DNA of 64,000 nt from Acidimicrobiales bacterium (lineage in GTDB: Bacteria; Actinomycetota; Acidimicrobiia; Acidimicrobiales; JACDCH01), in the NCBI GenBank assembly GCA_051000215.1, contig JBPCON010000003.1, forward strand, positions 10,321-74,320, read 5' to 3'. Under the pieces are notes generated by a model. That model was not told the DNA's origin. It worked only from the letters and a program-made list of their open reading frames with translations, and ran no database searches. Below, one piece after another: positions 25,012-33,972 of this stretch. How positions within the stretch are numbered: the first letter of the stretch is position 1; every line of letters starts with the position of its first letter. The translations under genes and the position numbers were made by a program.

Positions 25012-26157
25012 GTGCGACAGCGTCCCGAGGAGGAGATGTACGCGCTCATCTGCGGCGGGGGGACGGCTGGACACGTGCTGCCGGCCATCGCGATCGGTGA
25101 GGCCTTGGTGGCCCGGGGTCACGGCCGGCTCGCGTTGCACTTCGTCGGCAGCGAGGGGCGCATCGAGGAGACCCTCGTGCCCGAGGCCGGCTTCTCGGTG
25201 ACGTTGCTTCCTGGGCGCGGCATCCAGCGCCGGCTCGCGATTGCCAACATCGGCGCCGTCATCGGCACAGCGCGTGCGCTCTGGCGCGCTCTGGGGCTCG
25301 TACGTCGCAGCCGGCCGCGCGTCGTTGTCGCCATGGGGGGGTTCGCATCGGTTCCCTGCGCCCTGGCTGCGGTGGCCCTTCGTGTGCCGATCGTCGTAGC
25401 GGAACAGAACGCCGTGCCCGGCGCTGCGAACCGGCTGATCGCCCGCTTTGCCAAGGCTGCGGCGGTGTCATTCCCTGGCACCGAGCTACCCCGCGCCGTG
25501 GTCACCGGTAACCCGGTGCGGTCTGAGATCCTCGCCCGCGCAGCCCGCCTCGACCGTGATTCGGCGAAGCGCGAGCTGGGGGTGCCAACCGATCGCTCGC
25601 TCGTGGTCGTCGTGGGCGGGTCGCTCGGCGCGCGGAAGTTGAACGTCGCTGTTCTCGAGGCGTTGGCCGCCTGGTCGACTCGCGACGACATCGCGGTCCG
25701 TCATGTGGTCGGCGAGCGCGATTGGGCCGAGATGCAGATGGCCACCCCACAGCTCGCGTCGGAAGGGGTCATGTACACCCCGGTGCGCTACGAGCGGGCC
25801 ATGCCCGTCGCCCTCGACGCGGCCGACGTCGCAGTGTGCCGGTCGGGCTCCAGCACCTGCTTCGAGCTCTTTGCGCTGGGCTTGCCCGCCGTGCTGGTGC
25901 CCTCTCCCTTCGTGACCGGCGACCACCAGAGTGCCAACGCCCGCTATGCCGTCGACGCAGGCGCTGCGGTGCTCGTGCCCGACTCTGAGCTCGACGGCGC
26001 CCGCCTGGTCGCGGAGGTCGACGCGCTGCTCGGTGATCCTGTGCGCCGCACCGTGATGGCAGCTGCGGCGCGCAAGCTCGCCCGCCCGGCCGCCGCCTCC
26101 GACATCGCTGAGCTCATCGAGCACCACGCGCGCGGCCAGCAGACGGCGCCAGGATGA
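25012..26157 (+). CDS. murG: undecaprenyldiphospho-muramoylpentapeptide beta-N-acetylglucosaminyltransferase
   Basis: 381-aa ORF. GGGTAGHVLPAIA and the C-terminal GT28 domain. Start at GTG 25012, or ATG 25036 (MYALICGGGTAGH). Confidence 0.92.
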   Translation: MRQRPEEEMYALICGGGTAGHVLPAIAIGEALVARGHGRLALHFVGSEGRIEETLVPEAGFSVTLLPGRGIQRRLAIANIGAVIGTARALWRALGLVRRSRPRVVVAMGGFASVPCALAAVALRVPIVVAEQNAVPGAANRLIARFAKAAAVSFPGTELPRAVVTGNPVRSEILARAARLDRDSAKRELGVPTDRSLVVVVGGSLGARKLNVAVLEALAAWSTRDDIAVRHVVGERDWAEMQMATPQLASEGVMYTPVRYERAMPVALDAADVAVCRSGSSTCFELFALGLPAVLVPSPFVTGDHQSANARYAVDAGAAVLVPDSELDGARLVAEVDALLGDPVRRTVMAAAARKLARPAAASDIAELIEHHARGQQTAPG

Positions 26158-27524
26158 CCGTCGATCTCGCAGCGGCGCGGCGCGTGCACGTCGTCGGTAT
26201 CGGCGGCGCGGGGATGTCGGCGATCGCAACGGTGTTGGCGGCCATGGGCCACCACGTCTCAGGGTCGGACCTGAAGGAGTCAGCTGGGCTCGCTCGGCTC
26301 CGCGCCTCGGGGATCGAGGTCCATGTCGGCCACGCCGCCGCGCACGTCGCCGGGGCCGACCTCGTCGCCGTGTCGACCGCAGTGCCGGACCACAACCCTG
26401 AGGTCGTCGCCGCCAACGATGCTGGCATCACTGTCGCGCGCCGGGCGGACATCCTGGCTGCCATCTGCGCGACGCGCCGCACGCTCGCTGTATCGGGCAC
26501 GCACGGGAAGACGACGACCTCGTCGATGCTCGCGCTGATCCTGGTGCAAGCCGGTGTGCACCCGAGCTTCATCATCGGCGGCGAGCTGAACGAGATCGGC
26601 GGCGGCGCAGCATGGGATGATGGAGATCTGTTCGTCGTCGAGGCCGACGAGAGCGACGGGACGTTCGTCGAGCTGCCTGCAGCGGGGGTGGTCGTCACCA
26701 ACGTGGAGGCCGACCACCTCGACTACTACGGCGATCTCGCCGCGATCGAGTCTGCGTTCGCCCGCTTCCTCGCCGGCTCGCCCGGCCCCAACATCGCGTG
26801 CGCCGACGACCCAGGCGCAGCGCGCCTTGGACGCGAGGCCGGAGCGCTGCTGTACGGCACGGTGCCTGAAGCCGACTACCGCATCATCGACGCCGTGACC
26901 GAGCGGACGGGCTCGTCGTTCACCCTGTGCGGGCCGGGCGGGCAGCTCGGCAAGTTGCGCCTCCCGGTCCCCGGCCTGCACAACATCCGCAATGCCACCG
27001 CTGCGACAGCGATCGCGCTCGAGCATGGGATCGAGTTCGCAGCATGCGAAGCAGCGCTCGCCCGTTACGCGGGCGTCGCCCGACGCTTCCAATATCGCGG
27101 GCGGTCCGGGGGCGTCACGGTGGTCGACGACTACGCGCACAATCCGGGCAAGGTGGCAGCGCTGCTGGCTGCGGCGCGCAGCGGGGAGTGGCCGCGTGTC
27201 ATCACGGTGTTCCAGCCGCACCGCTACAGCCGAACTGCAGCGCTCACCGGTGCGTTCGCGCCAGCGTTCGACGACGCCGACCTCCTCATCATCATGGACG
27301 TGTACGGCGCAGGCGAGGCGCCGGTCCCGGGGGTCACAGGCAAGCTTCTGGTCGACGCGGTCCTCGGTCACCGACCGTGGGGGCGCGTTGCGTGGCTGCC
27401 GCGCCGCGCCGACGTGCTCGCGTTCCTTCGTGCCGAGCTGCGCCCCGGCGATCTCTGCCTCACCGTCGGGGCCGGCGACGTCACGTCGCTCGGCGACGAC
27501 ATCCTCGAGCAGCGAGCCGGATGA
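26154..27524 (+). CDS. murC: UDP-N-acetylmuramate--L-alanine ligase
   Basis: 456-aa ORF. VHVVGIGGAGMSAIA and GTHGKTTT motifs. ATGA overlap with the murG stop. Confidence 0.95.
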   Translation: MTVDLAAARRVHVVGIGGAGMSAIATVLAAMGHHVSGSDLKESAGLARLRASGIEVHVGHAAAHVAGADLVAVSTAVPDHNPEVVAANDAGITVARRADILAAICATRRTLAVSGTHGKTTTSSMLALILVQAGVHPSFIIGGELNEIGGGAAWDDGDLFVVEADESDGTFVELPAAGVVVTNVEADHLDYYGDLAAIESAFARFLAGSPGPNIACADDPGAARLGREAGALLYGTVPEADYRIIDAVTERTGSSFTLCGPGGQLGKLRLPVPGLHNIRNATAATAIALEHGIEFAACEAALARYAGVARRFQYRGRSGGVTVVDDYAHNPGKVAALLAAARSGEWPRVITVFQPHRYSRTAALTGAFAPAFDDADLLIIMDVYGAGEAPVPGVTGKLLVDAVLGHRPWGRVAWLPRRADVLAFLRAELRPGDLCLTVGAGDVTSLGDDILEQRAG

Positions 27525-28492
27525 GCATCGCAGCCCTCGAAGCTGCGCTCCAGCCACACCTCGGCTCGAGGCTGCGGCGCGACGCGCCGCTCGGCGCCCG
27601 CACGACCTACCGGGTCGGGGGGCCCGCAGCGCTCCTCGTCGAGGCTGCTGGGCGCGACGACCTGCTCGCGGTGCGTGATGCACTCGTCGCGCTCGCGGGC
27701 GCGGTCGCGGTGGTGGTCGTCGGCAACGGGTCGAACCTGCTCGTCGCCGACGCCGGCTTTCCCGGGCTCGTGATCGTGCTGGGTGAGGAGTTGGCGCGAG
27801 TCGAGATCGACGGCACGACGGTCGAAGCCGGAGGAGCCGCGCTGCTCCCTGTGATCGCGCGCCGCAGCGCCTCTGTGGGGCTCCACGGCTTCGAGTGGGC
27901 CGTCGGCGTGCCGGGCTCGATGGGCGGGGCGGTGCGCATGAACGCCGGCGGCCATGGTTCGGACGTCGCAGCGTCGTTGCGCGGGGTCCACGTCATCGAC
28001 CTGCTCGGCGGCCACGATGGGTGGGTGCTCGCCGACGCCCTCGACCTCGGGTACCGCAGCTCCGCGATCGCCGCTTCCACCGTGGTGCTCGGCGCTGAGC
28101 TCTCCTTGGCGCACGGCGAGCGCGCTCAGGCAGAGGAGGCGATCGTCGATGTGGTGCGTTGGCGCAGGACCAACCAACCCGGAGGGCAGAACGCCGGGTC
28201 GGTCTTCACGAACCCTGAGGGCGACAGCGCCGGACGCCTCATCGACGCTGCGGGGGCGAGGGGGCTGCGCGTCGGGAGCGCACAAGTGTCGACCAAGCAC
28301 GCCAACTTCATCATCGCCGACGCCAGCGGGCGCGCGGACGACGTCCTGGCTGTCATGACGGCCGTGCACGACCGCGTCGCCGCCAGGTTCGGCGTCGAGC
28401 TCGTGGCCGAGACGCGCCTGTGCGGGTTCACGCCGGCTGCCGTCGCCACCGTCGTCCCTCGATCCGAGACTCGACCCGAGGTCGAGGGTTGA
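27521..28492 (+). CDS. murB: UDP-N-acetylenolpyruvoylglucosamine reductase
   Basis: ATG 27521 (ATGA overlap with the murC stop), in frame with ORF 26927..28492. TYRVGGPA, GNGSNLLV, GSVFTNP and ISTKHANFI-type motifs. Confidence 0.92.
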   Translation: MSIAALEAALQPHLGSRLRRDAPLGARTTYRVGGPAALLVEAAGRDDLLAVRDALVALAGAVAVVVVGNGSNLLVADAGFPGLVIVLGEELARVEIDGTTVEAGGAALLPVIARRSASVGLHGFEWAVGVPGSMGGAVRMNAGGHGSDVAASLRGVHVIDLLGGHDGWVLADALDLGYRSSAIAASTVVLGAELSLAHGERAQAEEAIVDVVRWRRTNQPGGQNAGSVFTNPEGDSAGRLIDAAGARGLRVGSAQVSTKHANFIIADASGRADDVLAVMTAVHDRVAARFGVELVAETRLCGFTPAAVATVVPRSETRPEVEG

Positions 28493-29298
28493 GCTCCCCG
28501 ACGGTGACGGTCCTCGAGCCGGAGGTTGTGGCTCCCGTCGACCCGAGGATGCGCGCCAGACGCATCGCCGTGCGCCGATCCGGTGCGCGTAAGCGCCTCA
28601 GACGCCTCGTCGCGCTCGGCGTCGTCGTGGTCACGCTCGCGGCGGGGGGGTTGGCGTTGCGGAGCCCGCTCCTCGACGTCGATCGCATCGAGGTCCTCGG
28701 CGCGCAGCACAGCGGGGCCGACGTGGTTCGAGGAGCAAGCGGCATCGCATTGCGCGCGGCGATGATCGACGTCGACACAGCCGCAGCACGCTCGAAGCTC
28801 CTCGCGCTGCCCTGGGTCGCCGAGGTCAGCGTGACCCGCCGGTGGCCAGCCACCGTCGAGGTTCGGGTGCGCGAGCGCACGGCGGTCGCGGCCGAACCGG
28901 CAGGTCAAGGCGGTTTCGCGTTGGTGGACGGCACGGGCAGGGTGCTCGCGATCGAGCCAGCGCCTCCGGCAGGGCTCGTGCGGCTCGCCGGGGGCGCGCC
29001 CGCTGGTACCCCGGGAACGGATCTCGCGCCCGAAGCTGGCCCCGCGCTCGCTGTTGCCAAGGCGCTCCCGCCGAGCTTGATCCCGCGTGTCGAGAGCGTG
29101 AGGACGCTCCAAGGCGGCGCCGTCGATCTCCAGGTCGCCGGCACCGGGGTGGTGCACCTCGGCGCGCCTGACGCGCTGCAGGCGAAGTTGCTTGCCGCGC
29201 TGACCGTGCTCGAGCAGGTCGATCTCACCGACGTGTGCGCGATCGACGTGCGCGTTCCGAGCGCGCCGACCTTGACCAGAGGCTCACCGTGTTTGTAA
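28489..29298 (+). CDS. ftsQ: cell division protein FtsQ (POTRA domain)
   Basis: TTG 28489 (TTGA overlap with the murB stop), in frame with ORF 28420..29298. Basic N-terminus, one TM helix, and a POTRA-like VDRIEVLGAQH segment. Position supports the call. Confidence 0.8.
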   Translation: MSSPTVTVLEPEVVAPVDPRMRARRIAVRRSGARKRLRRLVALGVVVVTLAAGGLALRSPLLDVDRIEVLGAQHSGADVVRGASGIALRAAMIDVDTAAARSKLLALPWVAEVSVTRRWPATVEVRVRERTAVAAEPAGQGGFALVDGTGRVLAIEPAPPAGLVRLAGGAPAGTPGTDLAPEAGPALAVAKALPPSLIPRVESVRTLQGGAVDLQVAGTGVVHLGAPDALQAKLLAALTVLEQVDLTDVCAIDVRVPSAPTLTRGSPCL

Positions 29299-29410
29299 CG
29301 TCTCGACCAACACCGAAGGTTGATGAAAGTCTCTACCTTCACTTGAGGTTCCTTCCGGGCTCGCGCTGTGCCCGGTAGGCGCGCACTCGGGACTGGGAGG
29401 ACAGCGAGCC

Positions 29411-30502
29411 ATGTCGATGAGCAACCCGCAGAACTATCTGGCGGTCATCAAGGTCGTCGGGATCGGCGGTGGGGGTGTCAACGCCGTCAACCGCATGATC
29501 GACGCCGGCCTCAAGGGCGTCGAGTTCATCGCCGTGAACACCGACGCGCAGGCGCTGCTCATGAGCGACGCCGACGTCAAGCTCGATATCGGCCGTGAGC
29601 TGACCCGCGGCCTCGGCGCAGGCTCGGACCCCAACGTGGGGCGCGAGGCTGCCGAGGCGCACCGCGACGAGATCGAAGAGGTGCTCAAGGGCGCCGACAT
29701 GGTCTTCATCACTGCCGGCAAGGGTGGCGGCACGGGCACCGGCGGCGCGCCCGTGGTGGCCGAGATCGCCAAGCAGCTCGGCGCCCTCACGATCGGCGTG
29801 GTCACTCGTCCTTTCGCCTTCGAAGGCCGCCGCCGCTCGGTGCAGGCCGAGCAAGGCATCCAGAACCTGAAGGAGAAGGTCGACACTCAGATCGTCATCC
29901 CCAACGACCGGCTTCTGACCGTGTCGAACGAGAAGACCTCGGTGCTCGCAGCGTTCAAGATGGCCGACGAGGTGCTGCTCCAGGGCGTGCAGGGCATCAC
30001 CGACCTCATCACGACGCCGGGGCTCATCAACACCGACTTCGCCGACGTGAAGATGATCATGTCCAACGCGGGCTCGGCGCTCATGGGCATCGGCTATGGC
30101 GCCGGCGAAGGCCGGGCGCTCGCCGCAGCTCGTTCCGCGATCTCGAGCCCGCTGCTCGAGGCCTCCATCGAAGGAGCGCGCGGCATCCTGCTCAACATCT
30201 CGGGCGGCAGCGATCTCGGGTTGTTCGAGGTCAACGAGGCCGCCGAGGTGATCCACGGCGTTGCGCACCCCGACGCCAACATCATCTTCGGTGCGGTCAT
30301 CGACGACGAGATGGGTGACGAGGTGCGAGTGACCGTCATCGCTGCGGGCTTCGACCGATGGGAGGGTGGCCGCGAGGAGACGACGCGAGGTGTCAAAGGC
30401 GCGCACGCTTCCGAGTCGCCCGCCCGCGACGTGTTCGGGCGCGACGATGACGATGATGTCGACGACGACGATGACTTCGACGTCCCCAGCTTCTTGAAGT
30501 AG
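29411..30502 (+). CDS. ftsZ: cell division GTPase FtsZ
   Basis: 363-aa [25 protein letters not shown] and NTDFADV motifs, and the C-terminal peptide [10 protein letters not shown]. Confidence 0.98.
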   Translation: MSMSNPQNYLAVIKVVGIGGGGVNAVNRMIDAGLKGVEFIAVNTDAQALLMSDADVKLDIGRELTRGLGAGSDPNVGREAAEAHRDEIEEVLKGADMVFITAGKGGGTGTGGAPVVAEIAKQLGALTIGVVTRPFAFEGRRRSVQAEQGIQNLKEKVDTQIVIPNDRLLTVSNEKTSVLAAFKMADEVLLQGVQGITDLITTPGLINTDFADVKMIMSNAGSALMGIGYGAGEGRALAAARSAISSPLLEASIEGARGILLNISGGSDLGLFEVNEAAEVIHGVAHPDANIIFGAVIDDEMGDEVRVTVIAAGFDRWEGGREETTRGVKGAHASESPARDVFGRDDDDDVDDDDDFDVPSFLK

Positions 30503-30504
30503 CG

Positions 30505-31146
30505 CTGCGCTCCCTCGGTTACCACTGCACCTCGCGGGCCGACGGCGACTTCGTCGACCCCGCGCGCTTCGAGCCGGGGACGACGTGGCTCGAGCAGGTC
30601 CACGGCGCGACGGTCGTCACCGTCACCTCACCGGGCCAGCACGCCGGGGTCGAAGCAGACGCTGCGGTCACAGCGGTATCAGGCTGCGTGCTCGCGGTGC
30701 GCACGGCCGATTGCGTGCCGCTCGTGTTGCACGGGCTCGACAACGAGGCGGTGGGCGTGGTCCACGCTGGTTGGCGTGGCCTCGCAGCGGGGGTGGTGGA
30801 GGCTGCTGCCCACGCGATGCGCGCGCTCGGCGTCGAGCCGGTCGCGGCTCGGCTGGGGCCCCACATCCGACGGGGGTGCTACGAGTTCGGGCGGTCCGAC
30901 CTCGACGAGGTGACGCGCCGGCTCGGCGCCGAGGTCGAAGCCACGACCCTCTGGGGCGCGCCAGCGCTCGATCTCACCGCGGCGACACGCAGCGCCCTGT
31001 GGCGAGCGGGGGTCGAGCGAATCCTCGACGAAGGCTCGTGCACTGCGTGCACCGACACCTGGTACTCATTTCGCGCCGGGGGCGAGCCGGCGCGCTTCGC
31101 CACAATGGCCGGGCTTGACTCGTCGAGCATGACGGGTGCCCCGTGA
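30505..31146 (+). CDS. pgeF: peptidoglycan editing factor PgeF / YfiH (DUF152, laccase-domain) protein; start codon uncertain
   Basis: The frame is open from 30475. It contains QVHG (about 30595), TADCVPL and HAGWRG. The track ORF (30688..31146) starts after QVHG. The only start-like codon upstream is CTG at 30505. Confidence 0.7.
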   Translation: MRSLGYHCTSRADGDFVDPARFEPGTTWLEQVHGATVVTVTSPGQHAGVEADAAVTAVSGCVLAVRTADCVPLVLHGLDNEAVGVVHAGWRGLAAGVVEAAAHAMRALGVEPVAARLGPHIRRGCYEFGRSDLDEVTRRLGAEVEATTLWGAPALDLTAATRSALWRAGVERILDEGSCTACTDTWYSFRAGGEPARFATMAGLDSSSMTGAP

Positions 31147-31805
31147 CCGTCGCCGAGAACGTCGAACGCACCCGCGGCCGCATCGCGGAGGCCGGCGGCG
31201 ACCCGAATGTCCTCAAGATCGTTGCGGTGACCAAGGGCCAGGGTCTGGGCGCCCAGCGCGCTGCACTCGCCGCTGGGGTGTTCGATCTCGGCGAGTCGTA
31301 CGCGCAGGAGCTCGCGCCCAAGGCTGCGGCGCTCGACGATGAGCCGGTGCGGTGGCACTTCATCGGCCAGCTGCAACGCAACAAGGTCCGTCGCCTCGCG
31401 CACGCCGTCACCCTCTGGCAGTCGGTCGATCGACTGTCGTTGGGCGCAGAGATCGCCCGCCATGCACCCGGCGCGGCAGTGCTCGTCCAGGTCGACCTCT
31501 CGGGCGGCCCCGGACGTGGCGGGGCACCACCGGAGCTCGTGCCCGGCCTCGTCGCAGGGCTCGTCGACCTCGGGCTCGACGTGCGCGGCCTGATGGCCGT
31601 CGGTCCTCCGGGCCGGCCAGTTGATGCTGCTGCGGGTTTCGCCACGGTGGTCGGCATCGCCGATCGATTGGGGCTGGTCGAGCGCTCTATCGGGATGTCG
31701 GCAGACCTCGAGGTCGCGGTCGCCGCAGGTTCCACGATGGTGCGAATCGGGACAGCGCTGTTCGGCGAGCGTTCGCGGTTTTCCGCCGCCGACGTGGAAA
31801 ACTAG
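31143..31805 (+). CDS. yggS: YggS-family pyridoxal-phosphate homeostasis protein (YlmE)
   Basis: 220-aa ORF. VAVTKGQ (PLP lysine), WHFIGQLQRNK and GMSADLEVAV motifs. GTGA overlap with the pgeF stop. Confidence 0.9.
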   Translation: MTVAENVERTRGRIAEAGGDPNVLKIVAVTKGQGLGAQRAALAAGVFDLGESYAQELAPKAAALDDEPVRWHFIGQLQRNKVRRLAHAVTLWQSVDRLSLGAEIARHAPGAAVLVQVDLSGGPGRGGAPPELVPGLVAGLVDLGLDVRGLMAVGPPGRPVDAAAGFATVVGIADRLGLVERSIGMSADLEVAVAAGSTMVRIGTALFGERSRFSAADVEN

Positions 31806-31834
31806 GTTCCAAGGACCGGAAGGGGTTCGCTGCG

Positions 31835-32509
31835 ATGGCAAACGGCTGGCGCAAGGCCATGACCTACCTAGGTCTCGGTCCTGATGACGAGTACGACGAC
31901 TACGACGACGTCGAGCCACAGCTCGAGCGCGCGCCGGTCTCTGGACCCGAACGAACTGCGTCCCAGCGAACGGTGTCGGATCGATCGGTGGCGGGGCGAC
32001 CATCGGCGGGACGCGCTGCGCAGGAGCGTTCGGCTCGCGGCGCGGTAGGGCGCCCGCCGACCCGCTCGCCCGTGCGTCGCCCCATGATCGAGCCTGATGA
32101 TCCCGATGTGGCTGTCGTCGGCACGGTGCGACGCCTCGAGCCCCAACCCATCGAGCCCGCTCCCGGCATCGGTGCCATCACCTCAGCGGGGCCCAAGCGC
32201 AACACCCCGGTCGTGCGGGCGTTCCCGGCCAACGCCACGGCCAAGCCGCATGTGATCGCTCCGACATCGTTCAACGAGGCGCAAGAGATCGCCGATCGCT
32301 ACAAGAGCAACGCGCCGGTGATCATCAACATGCAAGCTGTCGACCGCGACCTCGCGCGGCGCCTCATCGACTTCGCCAGCGGGCTCTGCTACGGGCTCAG
32401 CGGCACGATGGACAAGGTGGCGAACCAGGTGTACCTGCTCACCCCGGCCAACGTCGAGGTCTCACCAGAGGAGCGCAGACGCCTGCAAGATCGCGGTCTG
32501 TACGACTGA
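31835..32509 (+). CDS. sepF: cell division protein SepF
   Basis: 224-aa ORF. N-terminal amphipathic MANGWRKAMTYLGL and the C-terminal SepF domain (SFNEAQEIADRYKSNAPVIINM ... YLLTPANVEV). Confidence 0.92.
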   Translation: MANGWRKAMTYLGLGPDDEYDDYDDVEPQLERAPVSGPERTASQRTVSDRSVAGRPSAGRAAQERSARGAVGRPPTRSPVRRPMIEPDDPDVAVVGTVRRLEPQPIEPAPGIGAITSAGPKRNTPVVRAFPANATAKPHVIAPTSFNEAQEIADRYKSNAPVIINMQAVDRDLARRLIDFASGLCYGLSGTMDKVANQVYLLTPANVEVSPEERRRLQDRGLYD

Positions 32510-32525
32510 CCCGGGCGTCTGAGTC

Positions 32526-32774
32526 ATGCAATCCTTCGTCCTGCAGGTCATCAACCTGTACGTCCTCGTCGTCTTCGCCCGCATCGTGCTGTCGTGGTTC
32601 CCGACCGCGCCCGGCACGGCCCTCGCGGGCGTGAACGACTTCCTGCGCTCGCTCACCGAGCCCCTGCTCGCTCCGTTGCGCCGGGCCCTGCCGCCGATGG
32701 GCATGTTCGATCTCTCACCGATGGTGCTCATCTTCGGCCTCGTGATCTTGACGCAGCTCGTCGCGAGCGCCTGA
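32526..32774 (+). CDS. yggT: YggT family membrane protein
   Basis: 82-aa ORF with two TM helices and ARIVLSWFP. Canonical position after sepF. Confidence 0.85.
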   Translation: MQSFVLQVINLYVLVVFARIVLSWFPTAPGTALAGVNDFLRSLTEPLLAPLRRALPPMGMFDLSPMVLIFGLVILTQLVASA

Positions 32775-32830
32775 CCCGCGACGAGCTGGCATCCGCGACC
32801 CCCTCGGACAGCGCACTACGCTCGTCGCTC

Positions 32831-33883
32831 ATGGATGTCACCCCCCAGGTGATCAACGAGGTCGAGTTCCACCAGAAGATGCGGGGCTACGACCCCGACG
32901 AGGTCGACGACTTCCTCGAGCGGGTCGCCGTCGCCGTCGGCCAGATGCAGGAGCGCCTCGCCGAGGCCGCCGGGCGTGTCAGCACCGCCGAATCGCGCGC
33001 GCTCGATCTGCAGGCGCGCCTCGAGGACGCGGCGCACCGGGCGCCCGGGAGCGCTGCTTCCCCTGCGGGCGCAGCGCCCCTCGCGCCGAGCGTGGAGGAA
33101 GAGGCGGAGACGATCCGCCGCACGTTGATCCTCGCCCAGCGCACCGCCGACGCTGCCATCAAGGAGGCGGAGGAGACAGCGCAGCGCACCGTGCAGTCGG
33201 CGCAGGAGCAGGCGAGCCAGCTCTACCGAGAGGCGCAGCAGCGCGCAGCTCAGGTCGTTGCGGACGCCGAGGCCGAGGCGAGACGCTCGGGTGAGGAGAC
33301 CCGCCAGCGCCTCGTCACGGAGATCATCGGGCTCGAGGAGTCGCGCGACGCGTTGCGAGCCGACAGCGGCACGCTCGAGCGACACCTCGACGAGCAGCGC
33401 TTGCGCCTACGAGGTTCGCTCGCCGAGCTCCAGCGGCTGATCGACGACCCGTCGGGCCTGCGAGTGGCCCCGCTCCCTCCGATGTCCGAAGGACCCCGCA
33501 CACCCACCCCAACCGAACCCGCACCCTCGCCCCCAGTGCCCGACGCTCCGCTCAGCGGTGGTGTGACGTTCACGACGCCCGACGAGTCAGAGCCCGAACC
33601 GGCGCCGCGTCCCGACGCCCAACCCGAGCAGGCAGCGCTCGCCCCCCAGACGTCGTCCGAGGAGCAAGCGTGGGCTCGCTTCGTCGGCGACGAGGAACAT
33701 TCGAGCGCTGGACATTCGAGCGACGGTCCTCCCACGCAAGCTGTCGACCAGGTGGAGATCGACGACGATGCCTACCTCACCGAGCTCCGAAAGGCGATGG
33801 TCGACGACGATCCCGGCCGCTATGAACCCGGCGAGCTTTCGGGCGACGACCGACAGCGCATGCGCTTCGGCCGTCGCCGCTGA
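32831..33883 (+). CDS. divIVA: DivIVA/Wag31 polar growth and division protein
   Basis: ATG 32831 inside ORF 32594..33883. N-terminal VINEVEFHQKMRGYDPDEVDDFLERV is the DivIVA lipid-binding domain, followed by coiled coil and a Pro-rich tail. Confidence 0.9.
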   Translation: MDVTPQVINEVEFHQKMRGYDPDEVDDFLERVAVAVGQMQERLAEAAGRVSTAESRALDLQARLEDAAHRAPGSAASPAGAAPLAPSVEEEAETIRRTLILAQRTADAAIKEAEETAQRTVQSAQEQASQLYREAQQRAAQVVADAEAEARRSGEETRQRLVTEIIGLEESRDALRADSGTLERHLDEQRLRLRGSLAELQRLIDDPSGLRVAPLPPMSEGPRTPTPTEPAPSPPVPDAPLSGGVTFTTPDESEPEPAPRPDAQPEQAALAPQTSSEEQAWARFVGDEEHSSAGHSSDGPPTQAVDQVEIDDDAYLTELRKAMVDDDPGRYEPGELSGDDRQRMRFGRRR

Positions 33884-33972
33884 GCTCGTCGCTCGGCGCA
33901 CACGCGGCTTTCATGGCCGCGCCGCGCCATGCCTAGGATGCCCGCCTACGTCTCATCAAAGGGGATGAACTC

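Noticed and set aside
30475-30502. -1 frameshift fusing FtsZ to PgeF
   Set aside because: The PgeF frame is -1 relative to ftsZ and is open over the last 28 nt of ftsZ. I saw no X-XXY-YYZ slippery heptamer or downstream structure. A non-canonical start or reinitiation is simpler.
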